DNA from: Pseudomonadota bacterium
GTDB lineage: Bacteria; Bdellovibrionota_F; JAHFAK01; JBDREC01
Reading direction: 5' to 3'
Assembly (NCBI GenBank): GCA_043820105.1
Contig: JBDREC010000004.1
Location: 69,682-133,681, forward strand
DNA length: 64,000 nt
Below the pieces are notes generated by a model that worked only from the letters and a program-made list of their open reading frames with translations, had not been told where the DNA came from and made no database searches. This document shows, piece by piece, positions 29,457 through 38,127 of this stretch (position 1 is the stretch's first letter; every line of letters starts with the position of its first letter). The translations under genes were made by a program, and so were the position numbers.

Positions 29457-30638
29457 ATGGGAAACTTAAAAATTCTAAAGTACTTTCTTTTTTTCATTAT
29501 TTGTATTGTTTTTATTTCATGTAAGCAAAATAATCCATATCAATATCATTATAATAAGAAACATACTTGTATTAATAATTATATTCCACATGTTGTGCCA
29601 AGTCCGCCTATTGTTCCTGTTTATTATTCAGGACCTATTATTACAGTACCTATTGTTCCAGCGCCGCCTATTATTATTCAGCACAAAGTGGTTTATAAAA
29701 AATCAAAATCTAAAGCCAGGTTTAAGGTTAGGTTAGAAGAAGTAAAAAACGAAGATCCTCAAGATCCCGCAGAACCAGACCCAGTTGATCCAGATCCAAT
29801 AGAACCAGACCCAGTTGATCCAGATCCAATAGAACCAGACCCAGTGGAGCCAGATCCAATAGAACCAGACCCAGTGGAGCCAGATCCAATAGAACCAGAC
29901 CCAGTGGAGCCAGACCCAGTTGATCCAGATCCAGTTGATCCAAATCCAGTTGATCCAGATCCAGTTGACCCAGATCCAGTTGATCCTGATCCCGGCGATG
30001 CTGGGCCTTGTGATTCACATACAAATATGTCTCTTTATCCTGATGATTTTGAAGGATGTCCTTATGATGTTCCTGATAAGTTTATTATGGCTGATTTTGT
30101 GAATAATCCTTCAGGGGTTACTAGTGAGAATAATCAAGTAAATATCCTGGTTCCAAATGGGGATTTTGTTAAAACTGAAATATCAAGAAAAGGCATGAAT
30201 TGCCCAGGTGATGAAATTACAAATTTTGTTAAGGCTAGAATTAGAGATAATAAAGGCATAATTCCAGATAATGATACGGTTATTAAAGCCTTTGATGTTT
30301 ATTATAAAATGCCCACAATTAACAGTGTAATAAGCATTGGAGCAGGTAGATTAGAAATGGATAAGGCCTGGATTGAATATCAGGGTCCTGTTAATAACGC
30401 TGGATCAGGAACACGTTATATTACGGGTTTCTTGAAAAAAATTAGTGGACAAAATAAGGTTACATTTACTTTAGTTGATCTATATCCTTCAAGTTCAGTA
30501 GCTGAAATGTATTGTGTTGACCAAAAGCACAAGATTTGGAGTGAGTTTTCAGATATTGATTTTTCAGATATTAAAAAAGCCAGTATTGATTCTAAGAAAA
30601 ACAAGGCGGATCGTGAGAAGGTTTGGAGGGCTTATTAG
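29457..30638 (+). CDS. Lipoprotein with Pro-rich and (D/E)PDP(V/I) repeat stalk
   Basis: Start moved to ATG 29457 (TTGACA at 29394 is more likely a -35 box); lipobox FISC. Confidence 0.8.
   Translation: MGNLKILKYFLFFIICIVFISCKQNNPYQYHYNKKHTCINNYIPHVVPSPPIVPVYYSGPIITVPIVPAPPIIIQHKVVYKKSKSKARFKVRLEEVKNEDPQDPAEPDPVDPDPIEPDPVDPDPIEPDPVEPDPIEPDPVEPDPIEPDPVEPDPVDPDPVDPNPVDPDPVDPDPVDPDPGDAGPCDSHTNMSLYPDDFEGCPYDVPDKFIMADFVNNPSGVTSENNQVNILVPNGDFVKTEISRKGMNCPGDEITNFVKARIRDNKGIIPDNDTVIKAFDVYYKMPTINSVISIGAGRLEMDKAWIEYQGPVNNAGSGTRYITGFLKKISGQNKVTFTLVDLYPSSSVAEMYCVDQKHKIWSEFSDIDFSDIKKASIDSKKNKADREKVWRAY
29772..29993 (+). repeat. Coding 15/30-bp tandem repeat (EPDPV/DPDPI)
   Basis: gaaccagacccagttgatccagatccaata units. 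Confidence 0.95.
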
Positions 30639-30666
30639 TATTCGGTATTCAGTATTCAGTATTTGG
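30637..30666 (+). repeat. (A/G)GTATTC array starting in a stop codon
   Basis: agtattc ggtattc agtattc agtattt gg. Confidence 0.9.
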
Positions 30667-30691
30667 ATATGGTATATACCATTAGAAACCA

Positions 30692-30774
30692 TTGAAAATT
30701 GAAAATTGATTGTTGATTATTGAAAATTAAAAACACTTGGAATAATCAATAATCAATAATTAATAATTAATATT
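30692..30774 (+). repeat. Two-arm inverted heptamer array (TTGAAAA/TTGATT(G/A) then AATAATC/T)
   Basis: 30705-30721 is complementary to 30741-30757 with one G:U. Confidence 0.85.
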
Positions 30775-30894
30775 CGCTTGTCTTATTTCTCTATATTCCC
30801 CTGATCTGGCGCGCAGTGTCATTGTTGTCGCGGTATCATGTCTGTTTTTTTATTTAAAATCTAATGATAATCAGTGTTTAGTTGTGTTCGCTTG

Positions 30895-30910
30895 TGGTAT
30901 GGAAATTGCA
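30895..30910 (+). promoter_or_regulatory. Sigma-54 promoter
   Basis: TGGTATGGAAATTGCA (GG-N10-GC). Confidence 0.65.
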
Positions 30911-30958
30911 TAAAATTGGTCTTGGACTAAAAGATGAAAAAATTAAGGGGCACTAATT

Positions 30959-32638
30959 ATGAAACAATTTACTGTAATAATCCTTATTTCCATTTCTTTA
31001 TTTGCATTTTCTAGCTGTAAGAAAAAGGTAGAGACTAAGGAAGCTAAATCTAGCGATGCAAGTGAGAACAGTCAAAATATCATTCCACCAAGCCAAGGAC
31101 CCTTGGATTTGTATCAAGATCCAATTGTTTCTCAAAACATTCAAGAAAGCATTGGAAGCCAAGCGCCTGTGATTAATAAAGAAATTACTGAATATGAGGT
31201 TTCTAAGGAATGGGTATTATTAAATAATGGTGATAAGGTATTGATTAGTGATTTTTGCATTACCTATCCTTTGGAGGCTGTCTGTAGATGTGGCAAAAAG
31301 AAATGTCCTGCTGCTGATAAAAATGAAGAAAATATAAGCATAGAAGAAATAGCTGTAGATGGAGAGAGTGATGAAACAGAAGTTGCTGAAATAATAGAAG
31401 ATGAAGAAGAATTGGAAATAGAAGAAAATCTTAGTGATACAAGTGATGAGGTGATTGAGATATATTATGATGAGCGTGAGGAAGATACGGTTCCAATAAG
31501 CCAAAGGCGACCAGAAGCAAGATTTTCAAGTGAGCATAAAGGCAAAAAAGTTATTCAAGCTGCTGATTTGCCGACACAGGAAGAACTTGAGCAGATGGAA
31601 ACAGAGGAAGCCTTGGAGGATTTGGATCAAGAAGGGCTTGCTTTTGAGGATTATGATGAGGATTATGATGAGGATTATGATGAAGCAACGATAGATGAAG
31701 AAGAAGCTACTGTATTTAATCGAAAAGAGATTGAAAATTATAATATGGTCGAAACAAGGCAGATATGTATAAAGTCTAGCGAATCTTCCAGTTCTTTGTG
31801 TGATAATCATGAAATAAATTATCCAAGGGATATTGCAATTGATACAGAAGGAAAATTTTATATAGCTAATACTGCTTCAGATGAAATAATTATTTCATCT
31901 GCTGTAAATTTGAACTTAGGCTTAGATTTGCTTTCAAAATTTTCTCCAAGCTTTAAGGAATTGACATTAAATTATCCATTTGCTGTAGCTGTACACAAGA
32001 GTCGATATGTTTATGTTGCTGATATTTCAGATGAAAATAAAACTTATATTATCAAACACGATATTGAGAATGGATATACCAAGAGATTTTTGGGGAATTT
32101 ATCAAAGGGAGGTGGTTTTTTCAATATAGCTGATATAGCTCTTGATAATAAGGGTAATTTATATGTTTTGGATGTAGATTCTAATGGAATGAATATATAT
32201 ATAAAGGTATATAATCAAGATATTGAGCTTCCATTTAAGAATTATGCTCTTCCTTTGGACGAAAATTCAAATCCAACAAGCATTGCAATAAGTGAAAATG
32301 GCGATATCTTTTTCCTTGATATGGGCAAGAACGAATTATTGAAAATAAATGGTAAAACAAAGGAAATAATTGTTATTTCAAATGGTTCCGGAAACATGCA
32401 GGGACAGTTAAATCAGCCTGGTGCTCTATTTATTGGTCAAGCTTCTAAGGTTTATGTGCTAGATTCGATAGTTAATAATAGAATTGTTGTTTTTGATTTA
32501 AATGGAAATTGCTTGGGAAATATAGAAATTCCAATAGAAAATTTTGGTGAAATAAGTGAAGCAGCCTCTTTTGCAGTTCATAATAATGGATATATCTATA
32601 TTACTGATCCAGAAAATGATAGGCTTATTAGATTTTAA
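30959..32638 (+). CDS. Lipoprotein with acidic linker and C-terminal NHL-repeat beta-propeller
   Basis: Lipobox FSSC; Glu/Asp-rich middle including GAGGATTATGAT x3 (31646-31681); about six NHL units (YPRDIAIDTEGKFYIA, YPFAVAV...VYVAD). Confidence 0.85.
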   Translation: MKQFTVIILISISLFAFSSCKKKVETKEAKSSDASENSQNIIPPSQGPLDLYQDPIVSQNIQESIGSQAPVINKEITEYEVSKEWVLLNNGDKVLISDFCITYPLEAVCRCGKKKCPAADKNEENISIEEIAVDGESDETEVAEIIEDEEELEIEENLSDTSDEVIEIYYDEREEDTVPISQRRPEARFSSEHKGKKVIQAADLPTQEELEQMETEEALEDLDQEGLAFEDYDEDYDEDYDEATIDEEEATVFNRKEIENYNMVETRQICIKSSESSSSLCDNHEINYPRDIAIDTEGKFYIANTASDEIIISSAVNLNLGLDLLSKFSPSFKELTLNYPFAVAVHKSRYVYVADISDENKTYIIKHDIENGYTKRFLGNLSKGGGFFNIADIALDNKGNLYVLDVDSNGMNIYIKVYNQDIELPFKNYALPLDENSNPTSIAISENGDIFFLDMGKNELLKINGKTKEIIVISNGSGNMQGQLNQPGALFIGQASKVYVLDSIVNNRIVVFDLNGNCLGNIEIPIENFGEISEAASFAVHNNGYIYITDPENDRLIRF

Positions 32639-32774
32639 GGAATTTTTTGAATGGACAAAACTGTCTCAAGATCTATGATTTTTTGCGATTCCACTGTCCC
32701 AAAGCTTCAATAAAACCAAAAACCCTCGGGCATTAACACCTTAATTTAAATGATGAATATGCAATTGCCTGTGT

Positions 32775-32790
32775 TGGCACGATCCTTGTA
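32775..32790 (+). promoter_or_regulatory. Sigma-54 promoter
   Basis: TGGCACGATCCTTGTA: perfect -24 box, TTGT at -12. Confidence 0.65.
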
Positions 32791-32847
32791 ATATATCTTA
32801 AAAAAAAACAATAAATTACTTATTTTAACTAAAAGGAGTTTAACGTT

Positions 32848-34824
32848 ATGAGGAGCTCAAAACTATTTATTCTAATCTCAGTTGTTATTCTAGCTTCCTT
32901 TTTACTTGTTTCTTGTAAGAAACAAATTCCACAAGCAGAAGAACAAGCAGCTGCAACAAAAGATACAAAAGCTTCAAGCACAGTATTGCAAGGCGGCGGA
33001 GCCAGTAGTGCATTGGGTGGTGGAGACATGAATCTGTCTACACAACCTCCAGGCACAGAAGAAGAAGCCCCTCCTGCACCAGGTGAAGAAGAAGCAGATG
33101 AAGATCCTGAAGATATTACTATTGTTAAACCTCCTGTAACTATTTTTAAGTCTGTACCTTGTGGCGACGGCGATCCAGATCCAGATCCAGTAACACCAGA
33201 TCCAGTAACACCAGATCCAGTAACACCAGAACCAGTAACACCAGAACCAGTAACACCAGAACCAGTAACACCAGGACCAGTAACACCAGAACCAGTAACA
33301 CCAGAACCAGTAACACCAGAGCCAGTTGTTCCTCAACAATGTGAAGTTAAATTAAAAACAAACGATATTGATCCAAATGTGAAAGCTCTATTAAAAGAAG
33401 GGGTCCCACAACTTCTACCTTTTGATATTAATAAAGAAGTTATTACAGATCAGGTTAGATCTGAAATTCTAACAAAAGTATATCCTTTTGCCCAGGCTTG
33501 TGTAAATTACGGAATGGAAGTTGTTTTGATCGGACACGCTTCTAAATCAAGTACAATTGAATATAATTTAGATTTATCCTTCGAAAGAGCTAATTCATAT
33601 AGAGAATTGTTAATAGAAGAAGGTATTTTAAGTGATGCTGGATTAAGGACACATGCTTATGATGAATTTAAAAAATATGGATTAGATGATTATTCCATTT
33701 TAAGACCACTAACAGAACAAAAATTATGGATTATTCCAGCAGGTGAGGTGATTGAAGGTTATGTTGCCCTGCAACAAGATGATCCTGATGTTTTTATTGC
33801 TATGGATACGGAACATTATGAAGGATGTACAGAAGATTCAGATCCTGACTGCTTAAATAGGATTGTGAGAGTAAAATGTATGTCTAGGGCTAAGATTCAT
33901 AAAGAAGTTAAAAAGACAGAAAAAAGGTATCTAGCTGCTTTAGAAGCTGAAAAAGTTAGCAACAAATGTAAAGTTCTCCAAAAATATGAAGGTATTATTA
34001 AAGCTTCATCCCCTGCTTGGATGTTTGACAGAAATGGATCAAATTGCGATGGAACTAGAGAAGCCAGTGTCAGGACAAATGCTATAGGAAGAAATAATTT
34101 ACATTTTGCTCTTGTTGATCAATTTAATGCAATTGTTAGGTTCCAGACTGTATTTAATGAATTATTAACTCCAGGACAGGGAATTCTTAATAATACTGTT
34201 TTTACTGATCCTTATGTTGGAGAAGAAGAAGTATGGACAGAAGTTTTAAGAAGATATCTTTATGCAATAGCCGAAGAAGGTGTTGGGATAAAAGAATTTG
34301 AAAAATGTACTTTCTTACACGGCGGTTATATGGCAGGTATTGCTGATGATGGTAATGACGATAATTGCAAGCTCTTAACAGGAAGAAACCTTCCAATTGA
34401 AATGTGTGATGAGGCTGATCCTTCAAGAACATGTACTGTTTCAGTAAGTTTTAAGGGCGGATTGTCAAAATACGAAGCTGATGCATTAATGTATACAATC
34501 ATGTTATATCAAGAACAAATTCTCAATAGAATTATTGGCAATGATACAGACAAAAGAGGCAGATGGTTAGCCAAAGCTGCTATTAAGATGGAAGGCGATT
34601 TGGAAAAATGGGGATTTTACAAAATTGATGTTGAAGGTGAAAAGTCAATGACTGTAGCTTCAGTTGAATGTCCTAAATCAATTGCATACACAGAGGATGC
34701 ACATTATTCTAGCGAAGATACATATCCAAAATATTGCTGGGATTATAATGGAAAACCTCTATTAGGTAGATTAAGACCAGATTTTAATTACAATTGTTTC
34801 CCAAACAACAATATTGGGAACTAA
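32848..34824 (+). CDS. Lipoprotein with PVTPE stalk, OmpA-like domain and Cys-rich C-terminal region
   Basis: AAGGAG RBS; lipobox LVSC; IGHAS...YNLDLSFERA...NRIV. Confidence 0.8.
   Translation: MRSSKLFILISVVILASFLLVSCKKQIPQAEEQAAATKDTKASSTVLQGGGASSALGGGDMNLSTQPPGTEEEAPPAPGEEEADEDPEDITIVKPPVTIFKSVPCGDGDPDPDPVTPDPVTPDPVTPEPVTPEPVTPEPVTPGPVTPEPVTPEPVTPEPVVPQQCEVKLKTNDIDPNVKALLKEGVPQLLPFDINKEVITDQVRSEILTKVYPFAQACVNYGMEVVLIGHASKSSTIEYNLDLSFERANSYRELLIEEGILSDAGLRTHAYDEFKKYGLDDYSILRPLTEQKLWIIPAGEVIEGYVALQQDDPDVFIAMDTEHYEGCTEDSDPDCLNRIVRVKCMSRAKIHKEVKKTEKRYLAALEAEKVSNKCKVLQKYEGIIKASSPAWMFDRNGSNCDGTREASVRTNAIGRNNLHFALVDQFNAIVRFQTVFNELLTPGQGILNNTVFTDPYVGEEEVWTEVLRRYLYAIAEEGVGIKEFEKCTFLHGGYMAGIADDGNDDNCKLLTGRNLPIEMCDEADPSRTCTVSVSFKGGLSKYEADALMYTIMLYQEQILNRIIGNDTDKRGRWLAKAAIKMEGDLEKWGFYKIDVEGEKSMTVASVECPKSIAYTEDAHYSSEDTYPKYCWDYNGKPLLGRLRPDFNYNCFPNNNIGN
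33181..33330 (+). repeat. Coding 15-bp tandem repeat CCAGA(T/A)CCAGTAACA x~10
   Basis: Direct reading; encodes P(D/E)PVT. Confidence 0.95.
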
Positions 34825-34855
34825 TTAAGTCAATTAAAGAGAAGTTATTATAAAC

Positions 34856-34891
34856 AAAAAGGCCTGCTAATTTAATTAGCGGGCCTCTTTT
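34856..34891 (+). terminator. Rho-independent terminator
   Basis: Stem AGGCCTGCTAAT/ATTAGCGGGCCT, then CTTTT; A-tract upstream. Confidence 0.8.
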
Positions 34892-34961
34892 GTATTATTT
34901 GCCTTGCAATTTCAAAGTCAGTGTTTTAAAATACATGGTATGTGAATTATTTGAGGCTATT

Positions 34962-36185
34962 ATGGATAGAATATACTTCAAGCAATTATCAGAATATCTT
35001 GAATATTTTCCATGTGTTGCGATTTTGGGTGCAAGACAATGTGGAAAAACAACCCTTCTTTCATTTTTAGATACAAAATGGAAAATATTTGATCTTGAAA
35101 AAGGTCAAGATTTTGACCTTATAAATAATGACCCTGATTTATTTTTTCGCTTAAATGATGAAAATGTAGCTATAGACGAAGCCCAGTTTTTGCCAAGCCT
35201 TTTCTCATCTTTAAGAGTGGCTATTGATAAAAACAGAAAAAAAACAGGGCGATTTATTATTACTGGTTCTTCTTCTCCTGACTTAGTGAAATCAATTTCT
35301 GAATCTTTGGCAGGACGAATTGGAATAATAGAAATGTCTCCATTTACTTTTAGTGAAATTAGTCAATCATTTGAGAGTAATTTCACTAAATGCCTGCTTC
35401 AAAAAGATTATTTTAAAAACAATTATCATGACTTTAAACCCAAATCTAAGGATAAAAATATTTATAAATACTTGTTGCAAGGAGGCTATCCAGAACCGTG
35501 CTTAAAAAATTCTGAAAAATTTCATACTATGTGGATGCAAAATTATATAAAGACCTATTTGGAGCGAGATTTATTAAAGCTTTTTCCAGGGATTAATGAA
35601 AATAGATACAGAGCCTTTCTTCAATCTATATCGAATATTTCTGGAAATGTAATTAATTATTCAGAAATAGCCACAGTTTTAGGTGTTTCACAGCCAACAG
35701 TTAGAGATTATTTTGACATTGCTCATAAAAGTTTTTTGTTTAGAAAAATTTCAAGCTTTTCTAAAGATGCAGTTAAAAGAATTATCAAGCACCCTAAGGG
35801 ATATTATAGTGATAGTGGTTTGTTGTGCTATTTATTAAGAATTAGGGATGAGAACTCTTTATTGACCCATCCAAAGATTGGAAATATTTGGGAGGGAATG
35901 GTTATAGAAGAAATCATCCGGACATTAAAATCGAATTCAATTTCTTTTGATTATTATTACTATAGAACCTCATCAGGTGCTGAAGTTGACCTTGTATTAG
36001 AATCAGATTTTGGTTTAATTCCAATTGAAATAAAGCATACAAAAAAAATAAATAAAAAAGAACTTAGAAGTTTAAGTGATTTTATTAATGAAAGAAAATG
36101 TAAAATGGGATATATTATTAGTAATTCTGAAAACCCGCAAATGATAACAGAAAATATAGCTTCTTTACCTTTTAATTATCTCTAG
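34962..36185 (+). CDS. AAA+ ATPase with DUF4143-like C-terminus
   Basis: GARQCGKTT, IDEAQ, ITGSS, SLAGR, GGYP and YYRTSSGAEVDLV...PIEIK motifs; GAGG RBS before ATG 34962. Confidence 0.9.
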   Translation: MDRIYFKQLSEYLEYFPCVAILGARQCGKTTLLSFLDTKWKIFDLEKGQDFDLINNDPDLFFRLNDENVAIDEAQFLPSLFSSLRVAIDKNRKKTGRFIITGSSSPDLVKSISESLAGRIGIIEMSPFTFSEISQSFESNFTKCLLQKDYFKNNYHDFKPKSKDKNIYKYLLQGGYPEPCLKNSEKFHTMWMQNYIKTYLERDLLKLFPGINENRYRAFLQSISNISGNVINYSEIATVLGVSQPTVRDYFDIAHKSFLFRKISSFSKDAVKRIIKHPKGYYSDSGLLCYLLRIRDENSLLTHPKIGNIWEGMVIEEIIRTLKSNSISFDYYYYRTSSGAEVDLVLESDFGLIPIEIKHTKKINKKELRSLSDFINERKCKMGYIISNSENPQMITENIASLPFNYL

Positions 36186-36214
36186 TAACAAGTAAACATG
36201 CTAATGGTTTAGGT

Positions 36215-36718
36215 TTAGTAGCAAGTAACAATGAGTTTAATGAAATGATCTAGATTGTTATATGTTTCTGGAGTGCAATTAATGCTGAAATCAGCGGCTT
36301 TTGAATAGTGTTTTTTTCTTTCATTAAATAAAGCTTCAATTTCATCTTTTGATTTATTTTTTAATAAAGGTCTTTTGCTACAATTTTCTATATATTGCCA
36401 TAAATCATTAAAAGCCCAAGTTAAATAAACAACCTTGCCATTTTCTTTTAAGGCCATTTTATTTTCTTCATCTAATATTGCCCCGCCTCCAGTTGCAATT
36501 ACAACATTATCAAGTTTTGAAACTCTCAGAATTGTTGTTTTTTCAAGTTGCCTAAAATGACCTTCAGAATGCTTTTCAAAGATCTGACTAATTGTCATTC
36601 CAGCATTGTTTTCAATTTCCCCATCAATGTCATAAAAATCTCTTTTTAAGTGTGATGCAAGCCTTTGCCCAACTATTGTTTTGCCACACCCCATGAAACC
36701 GATTAATATTATGTTCAT
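36215..36718 (-). CDS. aroK: Shikimate kinase
   Basis: GFMGCGKT, FRQLE, ATGGG and RPLL motifs. Confidence 0.95.
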   Translation of the reverse strand: MNIILIGFMGCGKTIVGQRLASHLKRDFYDIDGEIENNAGMTISQIFEKHSEGHFRQLEKTTILRVSKLDNVVIATGGGAILDEENKMALKENGKVVYLTWAFNDLWQYIENCSKRPLLKNKSKDEIEALFNERKKHYSKAADFSINCTPETYNNLDHFIKLIVTCY

Positions 36719-36726
36719 TGTTGCTC

Positions 36727-36807
36727 CAGTTTAGTATTTATTATTCATTATTCGGTGTTCAGTTTTCAGTGTTTTCCAGAAACCATAACCCAGCAGCCAT
36801 AACCCTC
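36727..36807 (-). repeat. aroA-aroK spacer made almost entirely of heptamer units (GT-rich arm then AC-rich arm)
   Basis: Minus strand gagggtt atggctg ctgggtt atggttt ... aaacact gaaaact gaacacc gaataat gaataat aaatact. Confidence 0.7.
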
Positions 36808-38127
36808 TTATTTTAACTTGTCTAATAGTTCCCAAAAACCAGGAAATGATTTGTTTACACATTTCTTGTTTTTTACATAAATCTTATCTGGAAATATCTT
36901 TTCCAATATTCCAAAACTCATAGCCATCCTATGATCATTATAAGTTTCAATATTAATTTTACTCTTAATTCCTAATCCTTGTTCCCCTGTTCCCATGTTC
37001 CCTTGTGCTCTTTCATAATTTTGAATTTTGAATTTTGAATTTTGAATTCCTTTTACCTTTATCCAATCTCGCCCAGTCTCCACGCAATCCCCAAACTTTA
37101 AAAGCTCATTCTCCAAAGCCTGCAATCTATCAGTTTCCTTTAATCGCAAATTATATACATTTTTAATATAAGTTGTCCCTTGCGCAAACAAAGCAAGAAC
37201 AGCCAGCGTTTGCACAAGATCAGGCATTTTATTCATATCAACTGTAATACCTTTAAGCTTGCTGGGCTTTATCTTAAGGTAAGTTTTACCACATTCCGTT
37301 ATAGCTCCCATTTTTTTAAGCACATTTATAAATTGCACATCACCTTGATTCGATTCAGTCCCAAGCCCATTAATTTTCAAACCATTTCCCCTTACGCCGT
37401 ACGCTGTACGCTGTACGCTGTACGCCAAAAAATACGATGCTGCTGATGCATCAGGTTCTATAATATATTTATTCTTTGATCTATACATCTGTTTTTTTAT
37501 AATATATTTTCTATAATTTCTATTTTCTACCTTAACTCCAAAATCTTGCATAACTTTTAAGGTCATATCTATATAAGGCTTTGATGTAATTTTGCCTTTT
37601 ACATTAATCGTAATTTGATTTTCGCAGTATGGCGAGATCAGTAAAATCGCAGATAAAAACTGACTGCTAATTGAAGAATTAATAGTTATAGAACCATTTA
37701 TATATCCATTTGAATTTATGTTTATTGGAAAAGTATCATTTTGAATTTTGAATTTTGAATTTTGAATTTTACTTAAAGCTTCTAGTATTGCATAAACTGG
37801 CCTGTTTTTCATATGTCCTTTGCAATTAATCTTAGTCTTTCCTGCAATCAAATGAGCAAGTGCAATTATAAATCGTGTCGTTGTTCCTGCTTCCCCTGTA
37901 CTTATAACCTTATTTGTCTGCCTTAAACCCCCACCAAAAACAAACACTTCTTTTCTCTTAATCCCAATCCTAATCTTAATCCCTAATCTGACTAAATTTT
38001 CAAGCATCCCTTGCACATCATCACAAAAATTCACATTTGTAAGGCAAGTCGTACCTTTAGCCAAAGCCGCACAAATTAAGGCTCTATTAATTATACTTTT
38101 TGATCCTGGTAAACTTAATACTTGCAT
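36808..38127 (-). CDS. aroA: EPSP synthase carrying in-frame tandem-repeat segments
   Basis: PGSKS, GEAGT, SSQF, DAS, RLKETDR, DHRMAM and KSFP motifs intact. Confidence 0.95.
   Translation of the reverse strand: MQVLSLPGSKSIINRALICAALAKGTTCLTNVNFCDDVQGMLENLVRLGIKIRIGIKRKEVFVFGGGLRQTNKVISTGEAGTTTRFIIALAHLIAGKTKINCKGHMKNRPVYAILEALSKIQNSKFKIQNDTFPININSNGYINGSITINSSISSQFLSAILLISPYCENQITINVKGKITSKPYIDMTLKVMQDFGVKVENRNYRKYIIKKQMYRSKNKYIIEPDASAASYFLAYSVQRTAYGVRGNGLKINGLGTESNQGDVQFINVLKKMGAITECGKTYLKIKPSKLKGITVDMNKMPDLVQTLAVLALFAQGTTYIKNVYNLRLKETDRLQALENELLKFGDCVETGRDWIKVKGIQNSKFKIQNYERAQGNMGTGEQGLGIKSKINIETYNDHRMAMSFGILEKIFPDKIYVKNKKCVNKSFPGFWELLDKLK
36979..37048 (-). repeat. In-frame compound array in aroA: (CAAAATT) x4.5 plus octamer x4
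   Basis: 37017-37048 aattttg x4 + aatt; 36979-37010 minus strand gagcacaa gggaacat gggaacag gggaacaa. Confidence 0.92.
37393..37427 (-). repeat. In-frame heptamer array in aroA, (C)AGCGTA family x5
   Basis: Plus strand tacgccg tacgctg tacgctg tacgctg tacgcca; peptide AYSVQRTAYGVR. Confidence 0.92.
37737..37771 (-). repeat. In-frame heptamer array in aroA, CAAAATT family x5
   Basis: Plus strand cattttg aattttg aattttg aattttg aatttta; peptide KIQNSKFKIQN. Confidence 0.92.
37958..37988 (-). repeat. In-frame hexamer array in aroA (NNAATC on plus strand)
   Basis: ttaatc ccaatc ctaatc ttaatc c ctaatc; peptide LGIKIRIGIK. Confidence 0.65.

Noticed and set aside
29728..30102. ORFs with LDLDQ and IQIQL repeats
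   Set aside because: Shadow frames of the DPDPV repeat.
29772..33330. CRISPR array or mobile repeat in the 15/30-bp repeats
   Set aside because: Contiguous in-frame coding repeats with no unique spacers and no cas genes.
32974..33344. ORFs with WCYWF and SNTRT repeats
   Set aside because: Shadow frames of the PVTPE repeat in the lipoprotein gene.
34962..36185. Anti-phage defence system around the AAA/DUF4143 ATPase
   Set aside because: Solitary member of a common family; no partner effector or defence island visible.
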